Shown: positions 49,753 through 61,900 of the stretch, piece after piece
How the letters are laid out: the number at the start of each line of letters is the position of its first letter
How positions within the stretch are numbered: the first letter of the stretch is position 1
From: Schmidtea polychroa
Lineage: Eukaryota
Direction: 5' to 3'
Length of the DNA stretch: 64,000 nucleotides
Assembly (NCBI GenBank): GCA_044892525.1
Contig: CM097887.1
Coordinates: 10,912,001-10,976,000, forward strand
Position numbers and translations under genes: made by a program
The notes under the pieces: model-generated
Told to the model about the DNA's origin: nothing
Database searches by the model: none
What the model saw: only the letters and a program-made list of their open reading frames with translations

Positions 49753-50065
49753 CTACAATCGATCGAAATTTCTATTAACGAATGCGAAATTCACCGGGAT
49801 TTTCATAAAAAATTAAAGGGATTTATCACATCGATTTTCTGTTTTCGACCGACCATTGCTTGACGAATGCCAATTAACTATTGATTATTAAATTATATTA
49901 GGAACTAAGTAGAGAAAATCAAAATGTAGATAATAGAAAAATTAAGGATATAAATAAAGGAGATAAAGTAGTCAAATTAAATAATTAACAATGGTTAAAG
50001 AAACCAATTAACGAATTAACTATTAATTTACTACATATTATTAAAACATTACTTTTCCAACAGCT

Positions 50066-50551
50066 ATGACAGAATTCGCGAACCAAATGCAACAACTGCT
50101 CAAGTGGATCGATATAGAAAACGACTCCCTAACAACACTGACGCATAAAAGAGAAAAAATCAACGCGATATTACTGCAAGCAATCGGACAAACACCAGTC
50201 GTACCTAATCATATGATATTAGCCACAGGCCTAAGTCGCCCAGATGGAAAAATAAACCCCGAAACCGTATATCAGTGGTATCAAGAGAGATTGAACCACC
50301 CAACATTAAATCTAGATTATCAGCGTCTAAAAGACTCACTAAATACAATACCAGATGCAATCGAACAAAAAATACAGGAAAAAGTTAACCAATTACGAAC
50401 TTGTATAGCCTGCAAACTCCGTCCTATTCGCGTATTATTCTTGCCGTGTGGACACCTCAGTCACTGTGAAGAGTGTGTAAAAGACCTAAAAAGATGCACG
50501 ATGTGCAAATATGAAATAAAAGAGACCCATATGGTCTATTATGGCGAATGA
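50066..50551 (+). CDS. RING-finger protein (IAP/MDM-type C3HC4_3 RING at the C-terminus), 161 aa
   Basis: CIACKLRPIRVLFLPCGHLSHCEECVKDLKRCTMCKYEI; acceptor-like TTTTCCAACAG just before the ATG; AATAAA at 50656-50661. Confidence 0.85.
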   Translation: MTEFANQMQQLLKWIDIENDSLTTLTHKREKINAILLQAIGQTPVVPNHMILATGLSRPDGKINPETVYQWYQERLNHPTLNLDYQRLKDSLNTIPDAIEQKIQEKVNQLRTCIACKLRPIRVLFLPCGHLSHCEECVKDLKRCTMCKYEIKETHMVYYGE

Positions 50552-51129
50552 AACGGCCGGCGATGTAACAGCAAGTATACGATGTTTGAACAAGAATGCA
50601 TGAAATTGTTGAGGTAACACGTACTGTTAATGATTCAATCTTTATGTTTATGATAAATAAATTCGTCTTTAAAAAGTTTTGATGATTAGGACTAATAAAA
50701 TTTGCATGACGAATGAATATTTGCGTGTTTGTTTTGTTTTATTTTTTTTTCGGAATCAAATGAAGAGAGGGTTGAATAACGTGGAATTAGTCCCAATATA
50801 GACTGCAGGGGTACAAACCGAGCCACCTTCGGGCGGTACGTCTTATTGTAAGAACCCGTTGGGAGGGGATAACTGATCAACCCAAGTAAGAAGCGTAGGG
50901 CGGGGTACCATCGCATATGATGAGAAGTTTTTGCGACATGACTGATCACCATGCAAATGTAGAAATGGATCATCGCGATCGTCGTGCGTTTTGAGCAAGG
51001 GGGGAAAGGGGAAACACTCCCAAGCGGTAAAGATTAAGTCGACAAATTAAAAGTAGATAGAGAAAATGGTAAACTAGAGTAAAAGAAGAAAAGAGAAATA
51101 GAAGCATGCAGAGCGAGGAATATTAAAGC

Positions 51130-51719
51130 CGAGCTGTCGAATAATCCAGCCGGTCAAGGAGGAAGATTGAGCTGTTGAATAGTGCCAGCCAGTCGTAAGG
51201 TCGAGTTGTGAAAAAGTCCAACCGATCAGGAAGGAGGAAGATTGAGCTGTTGAATAGTGCCAGCCAGTCGTAAGGTCGAGTTGTGAAAAAGTCCAACCGA
51301 TCAGGAAGGAGGAAGATTGAGCTGTTGAATAGTGCCAGCCAGTCGTAAGGTCGAGTTGTGAAAAAGTCCAACCGATCAGGAAGGAGGAAGATTGAGCTGT
51401 TGAATAGTGCCAGCCAGTCGTAAGGTCGAGTTGTGAAAAGTCCAACCGATCAGGAAGGAGGAAGATTGAGCTGTTGAATAGTGCCAGCCAGTCGTAAGGT
51501 CGAGTTGTGAAAAGTCCAACCGATCAGGAAGGAGGAAGACTGAGCTGTTGAATAGTGCCAGCCAGTCGTAAGGTCGAGTTGTGAAAAGTCCAACCGATCA
51601 GGAAGGAGGAAGATTGAGCTGTTGAATAGTGCCAGCCAGTCGTAAGATTGAGTTGTTGAATAGTCCAACCGATCAGAAGGAAGAAGATTGAGCTGTTGAA
51701 TAGTGCCAGCCAGTCGTAA
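51130..51719. repeat. 74/75-bp tandem array, 8 copies plus a degenerate lead-in, in the element leader
   Basis: gagctgttgaatagtgccagccagtcgtaa recurs at about 51170, 51245, 51320, 51394, 51468, 51542, 51616 and 51690. Confidence 0.95.
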
Positions 51720-52975
51720 AGGCCTAGAAAAGCGAGAGATAGCAGTTAAGCTACAATGAGATAATATTTAAATTACTAGTGATATGGAATATTAAAGCTA
51801 GCTAGAACAAATTGAATGTAATTTTGAAAATTCGAGTTTAGAGAGGAAATAAACGAGCTCGTGGAAAAGAAAATAGGATTATAATGAAAAAGGAAAGGGA
51901 AGAAGGAAACGAATTAAAGAGATAATAGAAAATAAAGAATAGATGAAACGATGATAATGAGTAAAGAGGAAAGTAACTAACTAACTAAAGGGATCCCAGT
52001 GAAGTAGAGAAACTCTACGGAATATTTTTTTTGGTTAAACCGGGAAAATGCATTTTATTGGTTCCAGAGTAGAACCGAGCGTAATAATAATGAATATGAA
52101 AAGTAAAATAGCGACAACAGCGCAAAAGGATTAGGAAAATGAAAGGGGGGTAATAAGCAGAGACCGACAACGACCTATTTTTACTATAATTGATAACGAA
52201 TAGATAATTATTACGACTTTATAGATAATTGTTACTACCCCATATAGATAATTTAAAATCGACGGAAAATACGGGCTGATGGGATATTATAACCCGCAGA
52301 AAGGATTTCACAAAAGATAGGGGAAGCACAAACAGAAACCTAAAAGGTGTCTGTTTTTGAACGTTGTAGAAAGAATGATGAAGTCGTGTAAGCAAATGCA
52401 ACACGAGATCATTTTTTCATTTTAGATATCAAGCCAATCCAGCCAACCAAGACAATCCAGAACCTGCACAAAAGGAATTCGAAGAAATCGACAATCAACC
52501 AAGGATAAATCCATTCAGAACCCGCACCGAGAGACACAGCAACCGGAAGACTCCCGAACGGAAGAAGTATTAGCAGCCATCTGCCAAGGATTAGAAACAC
52601 AATCAGAACCGAACGCGACCAATTCAATAGCCGCTAATTACCAAGAAGCGTAAGAAAGGAATCACGGATAAACCCAATCTTAGATCTTCAAGTAAGCCAG
52701 GAGACGTATTATTTTCAGGAGACGAATTACAACAACTCAAAAGAGGACGATCCATTAAACATCAAAGAGGAATATCACAAGGATCCAGAAGAACCAATCA
52801 AGTACCCATATTTGACCAAGAAAATCTCGGATATACCCCTAGTCGATCTCGAAGTAGAGAAAGTCTGTCCGATATCACTAATAGTTTAGCAACGTCAACC
52901 GAAGAATTATCAGCCCAAAGTTTAGTCACATCGTTAGACAATTTAAAAGAAACAGACGAACCTAGAACACCAATC

Positions 52976-55900
52976 ATGACGAATGTCGTAAAAACCGACG
53001 AGTATAAAGAGAAGTTCAGAGGAGAACCGTTCAACGGAAATGCAAACAAGCTAGCAACGTTCATAACTAATTTTGAAGTTTATATCACTGTGTGTGGATG
53101 GACACCCGAAGCAATTAGTAAAAGGATGCCGTTGTTTTTGTGCGATAGTGCATTAGAGGTATATTTAGAAGCTAAAGAGAGAGACACGAAATTAGAAAAG
53201 TGGGAAGATATTAAAACATTCCTGAAGAAAACCTTCGGAGCCAGTAAGCCAATCAACCAGGCGTTGGGCGAACTAGCAAATAGGAAACAAAGAGCAAACG
53301 AATCGATAACATTATATGCCAGTGAATTGCGGAGATTAGCGAAGAAAGCAATGAATGGAAAATTACCCGAAGAAAATCTGATCGGTTATTTCATAGAGGG
53401 ATTACGCCGAGAAGAAGTAAGAGCCTCAGTAGGTTGTCAAATGTGCAAAACATTAGAGGAAGCCATAGATTGGGCTACAAGATGCGAGCTCCACCTTCCA
53501 GCTCAAATGAATATTATGCAAGAGGAGGGAAGGATAGCGACAGCAATAGCGAAAGCGGATAACGGAGATAACAACAATCAAGAACCGAAAATGAATCAAT
53601 TTATACCAGGAGCGCACCAAATTTTCAAACCACCACAAGGACGATCAAACGGGAATAATGGTAATCGTAACAACCCGAATAATGAGAACAATTTCAATAA
53701 TCGGCGAAATATGAACGATAACAAGCAGTGCCGAACATGCGGTAAACCAGGACACTGGGACAGAGATTGTTATAGAAATTCAAATTGTAATCGTTGCGGA
53801 CGGCGTGGACATACCGAAAATGTATGCCAATTGCGAGGCTGTTTTAACTGTGGTCAGCCAGGTCACATCTCCAGAGATTGCCGAGAAAGGGGCCAACAAC
53901 AACGACCACCACAGCGAAATAATAATTGTATAGCGAATCCGCAACGACAAAGTAACCCTAACGAAGGAAAACAAATGAACGTTATGCAGGAAATTTCGCA
54001 GATGAAACAGATGATGCAACAAATGATGAGACCAAGACAAGAATCAGCACCACAACAAACCCAGAATATACGTATGATGAGGAGTACCGAAAATCTCAAC
54101 AATTATGAAGTGCATCAACATGTACAAGAATGGCAAAGGCTACAGGCCGAGGAAGAGAGGATAAAACAAGAACGCAACCAACAACGACAAGAACAACCAT
54201 TGCGAATAAATATGATGAAGTTAGTAAAAGACATGAAGAGCCAGTATTGCTACAATTACGGGAAAAGCCCAAGGGTAGTACCCACGACTGAACCAGAAAA
54301 GGTAAAAGAAATAACAACGGAAATGGAAACAGAGAATTCAACCACGATTTTAAAAGGAAACCAGAGAATTCAGAAAATATTCTGGAAAAAGATAAAGGAT
54401 AAAATCGAAAAAGAACATAATAAAGCGAAAACCGAGACAGAAGATGAAAATAACAAGAGCAAGGAACAAACCAGTCAACTAAACCACCAAATGCTACAAG
54501 AATCAGAATCAGAAGAAACAACAATATTCGAAAGAAAGAAACTAAAGAGAGTACCAAGGATGAGAAACTTGCAAATCAATATGATGAAAAGGACAAAAGA
54601 TGTAGCATCGTCAGACGAAGAAGAAGATTATGTAAGTAGTTTGGGTGGAGAAATACTACAGCCGAATGAAATAAGCGAACCCCCAAAAGGGGAAATCAAA
54701 GAGGAAGAAAGCGGAAACGAGATAACCAGTGAAAGTGAAAACGAAGATATCGAAATAAAGTTGAGAAAAGCAAGGGAGGAAGCGATAAAACAGGTAGCCG
54801 AAATACTCCCAGTAGTAGTGAGAAACCAAGAGTTCATCGACGTAATACCATTCAGGCGATTCGTGCAAAAAGTGATGAAATTGGAAAGAAACGAGAAAGA
54901 TCTAATACCAAACGAGGAAAAATCAATTATAAAAAATTATATGGAAAAAATGAAGCAGGCCGATACCACGCGGTATGTAATAAAAATTGGAACGAGTAGA
55001 GGACTTGAAAGAATGTGGATAAAAAATACAGTCACCGACGAACTTTTCGATTGGATACGAGAGCATTTGGGAAGTTCGAGAAAGAAAGAATATCTGTATC
55101 AATACCAAGGAGAACAGATCAAACCAGATATGCACTTAGTAGATGCACTAATATGGCCAGGAGAAACGCAAATACTGAAGTTGCATAAAGAAAAACAACC
55201 AGCCAACCTTTACGATTGGGCTAAAGATGCCAAGGCAGAATATGATTTTAATATCAAATTGAAATTAGAACAAATAAAACAATGTACTCTGAGACGAAAC
55301 CTGGATAAGCTGATCAAACAAATTCAAGAACAAGTAGAAGACAACTGGGATTTACTCATCACCAGACGAGCCCCAGCCATGTACGAACTAATGAGCCGGT
55401 TGCGAGATACAGAAATGCTCCGAATGAGTGATTGGAGAACCATAAATTTGATCCACAAATATGGAAGGTTAAAAGAAACCCAGCCACAGAGGTTAGAAAT
55501 AACCATATGGTTACCGAACGAAGAAAAACGACGAATAAAAATGAGCAATCAGAGTACAGTAGATGACTTGGTATCAAAAATAAACCAAGAGATAACGGAA
55601 AAGGTACGTAGCGAAAGTAGTGATGGTATGGTGGATGATGTAGTCATGATGTACGATAAGATAATATTACGAGCGGAGGACGACACCTCGTTAAGCGAAA
55701 TGGGTATGTGGGACAATCACCAGATAATCAGGATAGTACCAATGGATGAATTTCGAACAAGAGATGTAACCTATCAAAAAGAAATACGAGACCGGATGAA
55801 AACGTTATATCAAAAATCTACGGAAATAATTAAAATCCACCAACAATGGTTAAAAGAAAAAGAACTACAAGGAAAAATCACGAAATTAAGCACCAGATCC

Positions 55901-58900
55901 TGCAGACGAACCCCATGGGAAAGAGTGTGGAATGCAGAAAGTAAGGAATGGGAAATCCGGAAAGGAACCTTCGTGGAAACAGACATTGGTGAGACAGAAA
56001 GTGAATCGGAGGAAGAAGAAGAGGAACCTCCAAAATATGAAGAGGAAGCAAGGGAACAGACATCAGATGACGAAGGCGAGACGGATGTCACATCAGAAAG
56101 CGAAAATGAAGCGAGACATATTCATGCAATGAGGAAAAAGGAACGTGAATATGCTGATATGGACGGCGAGGAAGCGACGGAAGCAAGAGAACGAGAAGAG
56201 AAAGAAAGATATAAACAATTAGGCGATATCTTAGCAATGGGAGCGAAAAATCAAAAACGCCAAGTAGTAGCGTTGGCTAACATCATCTTAAAGACATCAG
56301 AGAATATCCACAATCTGAGAGGAATGGCAAAGGCAATAGAGGAATACCGGCAATATAATGAATGGTATCCAGAACAGCTAGAACAAATTATTCGAAAATG
56401 GAGAAATCAGGAATGGGCACAAGACACCCAGGAGAGGTATCACATCCGAATCAAGTATCCGGACAAGAGCATCGAGGAACTAGAGGTGCATCCAACAACA
56501 AAAATTAGAGAATTAAAAAAGAAATTAGCATATGAAACTCCATTCCATCTGCAACTGTTCGGAAAATCACTAGACGATAATGCAGACGTCGGGATAACAC
56601 CCATGAGATTGGAAGAGACAAATGTATTAACAATGGCAGAAACGTTGGGAAAACCGTTAAAAAGGAAAAGTAAAATTATTAAACCAACAAAAGGCAGTTT
56701 GAGTACTCCAAGTCCGAACAAAGCACCAAGTAAATCTAATGAAACTGAAGAAGTTGAAGAGATAATCCTGGAAGATAGTGACGATGAACCAGGAGAAAGA
56801 TCACCGCTATTAGTGAGATGGCCGACAGGAGCCGAAATGTGGACTAATAACCAGCCATCAACGAGTTATCAACAACCAACGAAACTGAACATCAAAGAAA
56901 TCATCGACAATACTACGGAAACCGAAACGGATGAACAATTCCAGAAGCAAAGAGAACCAACGAAAGTAACACCAGAAAGTCAAACCGACAAAATAATAGA
57001 CGAATGGAATGAGTGGCTAAGAAATAACGATAGCTCATTACCCAGAACGGATAACGAAAGAAATCCGAATTACGAAAATACCAGAGAAGCCGGAACGATG
57101 ATGGAAAAACGGGCAAAAGGAAGACCGAAGAAACAAGGAGAAAAGTCTGAGTTCAAAACCAAAGAACAATTAAAGCAAGAACAAGGGCAAGTTCGATTAG
57201 AAAAATTGGATAAAATAGTATGGGATCTAAAGGAAGCCCAACCAACGATCGAAAGAGGAGAAAAATGGATACGAGAATTGTTAAAAGATATGTTAATAAT
57301 AACAAACCCACAACTTAGACGTTTGTGGCAACGGAAAGTAGCCAGTACGGAAGCTAGACAATTATGGCACACCATTTCGGGGATAATCCCAAAGTTAATC
57401 AAAGAGAAAACGAAAACCACCAAAACGGATTGGGACGAAACAAAGAAAGTGATTGAGCAGCTCACGACAAATGCAAACGATGACGAACATCACCTAGTGG
57501 TAATCACGTATTTGATGTATAATTTGATGGGACTAGCTGCGAGGAAAATACCAAATAAACAATTTGCAAATCATGTGGAAATGACCGTTTCAATCATAGA
57601 GAATACTATTGAACCACATATTATTCGTGCCGGAGGATGGAAAAGACTGATACAAGCGCCACGGAAAAATGAGCAAGAAAGGTCGATGCAAGTTAGATTG
57701 AAAAAACTGTTAAATGAACTAGAATGGGAACTACCGATGAAAGATCCCGCAAGCAGAAAAGCATCAATAAATTCGTTAATGATGACTATGATGATATGGA
57801 TGTTGTGCACAAGTGGAGCAACGGGTTTCACCATCTACGATTGTGATAACATGATAATGAGAGATAAATACTCATTGAGAGACATAGAAGAATGCAGACA
57901 AGCCTCACCCAACAAATTGGACATCGTGAGAACAAAAGTTACTTACCATGTATATCAAGAATCAGACTTCATCAGAACGCAAGCAAGGGAATGCGTAGTA
58001 TCAAAAAAGGTACTCGCATATTACTGTGGACAATATTCGTATTCGACTCTTATACTACCCGGTCTGGATAAAGAAATCGTATCAATACAACGAGAGGATT
58101 GTAAAGAGCTATTTAGAACCGGAGCGCTAAAAATGCATAACGGAGTGACAATTCACGGACAAACTGGAATGATTAAAACCGAAAGTGTTTACGTATCCGG
58201 AAAAGTAAAATCATCAGATGGGTCATGTAACGGGGGGACGTATACGATCCGAGGCGAGGTAATATCGGGAGTTGTAGTGATCGAGTCTTACACGGTCGAA
58301 TTAAAAGAATACGAAGCGCAATTTGACGCAAATAATTACCAAATGAAGACCAACCCAGCGTGTAAAGCTACAGAAAACGTATGCAGGACAGGAGTATCAA
58401 CTATAATCTATGAAGCTAATACCCAAAAATGCCGACTCCAACTGTTAAAAAGTGCTTTGTTCAATGAAGTAAAAGGAGAAATATATGAGAACGAGAACGA
58501 CGAGGATGGAAACGACAGAGTGAGAATGCGAAATGGAAAACCAATGCCACCATCTCCCAGAGAAAAGAGACTTTCAACGCAGAAGACACCAACAGCATTA
58601 ATCACAGACGATCCAGATCTAGGTATGAGATTTATCAAAGAGAAAGAAACCACCAAATGTGACAGTATAGTATATAAAACCAATTACGCAGGTATCTACA
58701 TGTCGAGACAAATAATCGATAGAGCAGTGGGAAAGATAGCAACGGAGGACGTAAAACTATACTTATATGCAAATAATAAAATGGATTTTCTATTTCATCG
58801 TGGACAAACGACCTTGCAAAAAGTATATTACGATCTGATACAAAACGATTGTTCATTGAATAAAGAAATATTGAAAACAAAGCTAGCTATTGCGATAACG

Positions 58901-61900
58901 CACCCCGATAACACGATGCCATCACTCCCATTACCAGATGGACACTTTGGTAGAATGGTAGGAGAAGTGATGTACACATACCAGTGTACCAAGACGTATG
59001 CACGAATGCCAGAAAAATCCATACTACCCGAAAAGAGATGTGCAAATGAATTAGAAATTCGTTATAAAGGACAAAATCGATTCGTCCAACCAGTCACTAG
59101 AATTATGAATCCAGTGGGTTTCTACCCAAATCTCTTTAACTGTTCTAATGCATACGGACCTTTGTATGAAAGACCCGATGGGAAATGGATGATGTTACCG
59201 GGAAAAACCATATCCGAGGAACCCAAGAAATTTGGATTAATAGAACTCGCCACAGAGCTGGATTTCAAACCTATAGACGTGTCAAACGGTGGTATGTATT
59301 CCCCAGAAGATCTAGAAACAGCACGACTTAACGTACTCTTCCCAGCCAGACGAGAATCCATTTTGTCTAATATGGTCACAATAACTGGGGGCACAAACTA
59401 TCAATCAGGCCCGAATTACGAGCTGCTATTATCGCCAGACCATTTTCAACAAGCTACGTCAAACATGATGAAAGCAATGTGGGGAAGATTCTTAGTTTTT
59501 GGACAAATGATGGCCGGGATATTAGGGATCATACTCATAATTCAGATAGTCAGAGTAATACTAACACAAATGTTAGCTTGTTTCGATATATACAAGCGGG
59601 AAAAGAAAGTTAATTGGAAAATGATAGTAGGTTTCTTACCATTTTTAGCTAAGACCATGGTATTACATGGCCACTCAAAAGACATCCATCGGATAAAGCG
59701 ATTGATAAAAATATTAACAAAGATTAAAGGAACCGACGAAGAAGTAGGCAGACGATTCCGGAAAGTAATGTACGATGAAGCAACAAGACGACAATTGAAA
59801 AAGAATAAGCCAAAATTCTTGGACCGATTTAGAAGCCAATCATCTAACAGCGATAGTGACGACGATGATAACGGGAACGATAAATGTCTTTATCCAAACA
59901 GAAACCCAAACGAAAAACCAATGGAAACGGCACCATATTGGGAAAAGGAAAAGACAAACACCTGGATCGCCAATGGAAGCTATATACCACCGGATATCGT
60001 GGGACCACAAACAGCTTTGACCATGACACAAAATATGTATCCGCAATTACCGAGTCAACCCGGTATGCATTATATGCCAACACGACGTACCAAAAGTGTA
60101 GATCAAGCAGATGACGTAAGAACAATAGCAGCGATGAGTTTACCTGGAGGTCCAGCAGTGACAGTCATGATCCAAATCAATGGTAAAGAAACCAATGCTA
60201 TGATAGACACAGGAGCTAATGTATCGGCGATAGCGATTAATCAAATTCCCAGTAAACACTGGAAAGATATCGAATCAACAACAATTCACATCATAGCATG
60301 TAGTAAAGAAACAGTGGACGTGGTCGGAAGATGGTGGACTACATTGAGATACCAGGACAACGAAATTGAAACGTATTTGGCAGTAATACCAAAACTTAGC
60401 GTACCATGCATAATCGGAACGGATTTGATGCCAGAATTGTTAAAAGAAGTCGTAATTGACTTAACAACCATGTGTTTAAAAGACAAAACCGGTAGAATAT
60501 GCAAAATGAATGCAGTCATCAGATGTCCAGAAAAAATAATAGTACCAGCAAAATCGCAGATGATTTGTCAGATAAAAGTGGATACGGGTATGGAAGGAGA
60601 AGTTATCTTTGAACCAAGCAAGTCATTCGAAAAGCGACGAGAATTACCACTCGCAAGAGAAATAATCACAATAAACCAAGAAGGAGTGATACCGCTCAAC
60701 ATCACGAATTTCGAAGAGGAAGACAAAATCATTTATGAGAACGAAAAATTGGGAAGATTGACCCCAATGATGGACATAGAATTACCGAAAGTGACCAACG
60801 AGATGATCAAAGATGATGAATTATGGACAATGGATAGTATGTTGTTGACGAATGATGAAAAGAAAAAATTGCACCGATTGTTGGTAGAATATAAAGATAT
60901 ATTCGCCATCTCAGACTTAGACTTGGGTACATGCGATGTTACCCTACATGCAATACCCCTCATAGATGAAACTCCAATTGCATTAAGACCATACAAGCTA
61001 GCAGAAATGCAAAAAGAAATAGCCGAAGCAGAAGTACAAAAGATGCTAGACGCAAAAGTAATCGAACCAAGTTGCTCACCCTGGCAATTCCCAGTGGTCA
61101 TGGTAAAAAAGAAAGATGGCACCCAACGATTCTGTATCGATTATCGGAAGTTAAACGCAGTGACCAAGAGAGATACCTATCCATTGCCGGACATCAATGA
61201 GATGTTATTGATGTTGCAAGGGGCAGCATATTTTACTTCTCTAGATCTAAAAAGTGGATACTGGCAGATTAAAGTCAAAGATGAGGACAAAGAGAAAACA
61301 GCTTTCACGTTGGGACGAGATCTATATCAATTCAGGAAAATGCCATTTGGACTGACTAACGCACCAGCATCATTTCAACGGTGTATGAACTTTGTCACCC
61401 ATGGAATCAAACAATGTATGGTATATATTGATGATTTACTAATCTATTCAGCGACATTTGAACAACATCTAGAAGATATCCGAAACGTATTTATTAGATT
61501 AAGACAGTGGAAACTCAAACTCAAACCATCAAAATGCGATTGGGCAAAGGAAAAAGTCACGTTTTTAGGACACATAGTGTCAGCTAAAGGAAAGGAGCCA
61601 GATCCAAGAAACATTGAGAAAATAAAAACATGTCCAGCACCGAAAACTGTCACCCAAGTTCAGGAATTTCTAGGATTATGCGGATACTATCGCAAATTTA
61701 TCAAAAATTATGCAGGAATTGCAAAACCAATCCAGGAACTAGTAAAGAAGGACATTTCGTTCTTATGGGGGAAGGAACAACAAGAGGCGTTTGAAACGCT
61801 GAGAGACAAACTAATCGAAGCACCTATCCTCGTACACCCAGATTTTAAGAAGCCATTTCTATTGGCAACGGATGCAAGCGGGTACGCGGCAGGCGCGATT

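Noticed and set aside
51074-51719. Tandem array as a CRISPR array, or its ORFs (51074-51445, 51123-51371, 51450-51668) as genes
   Set aside because: Units are contiguous with no unique spacers, the context is eukaryotic and there are no cas genes; the ORFs are translations of a 75-bp unit
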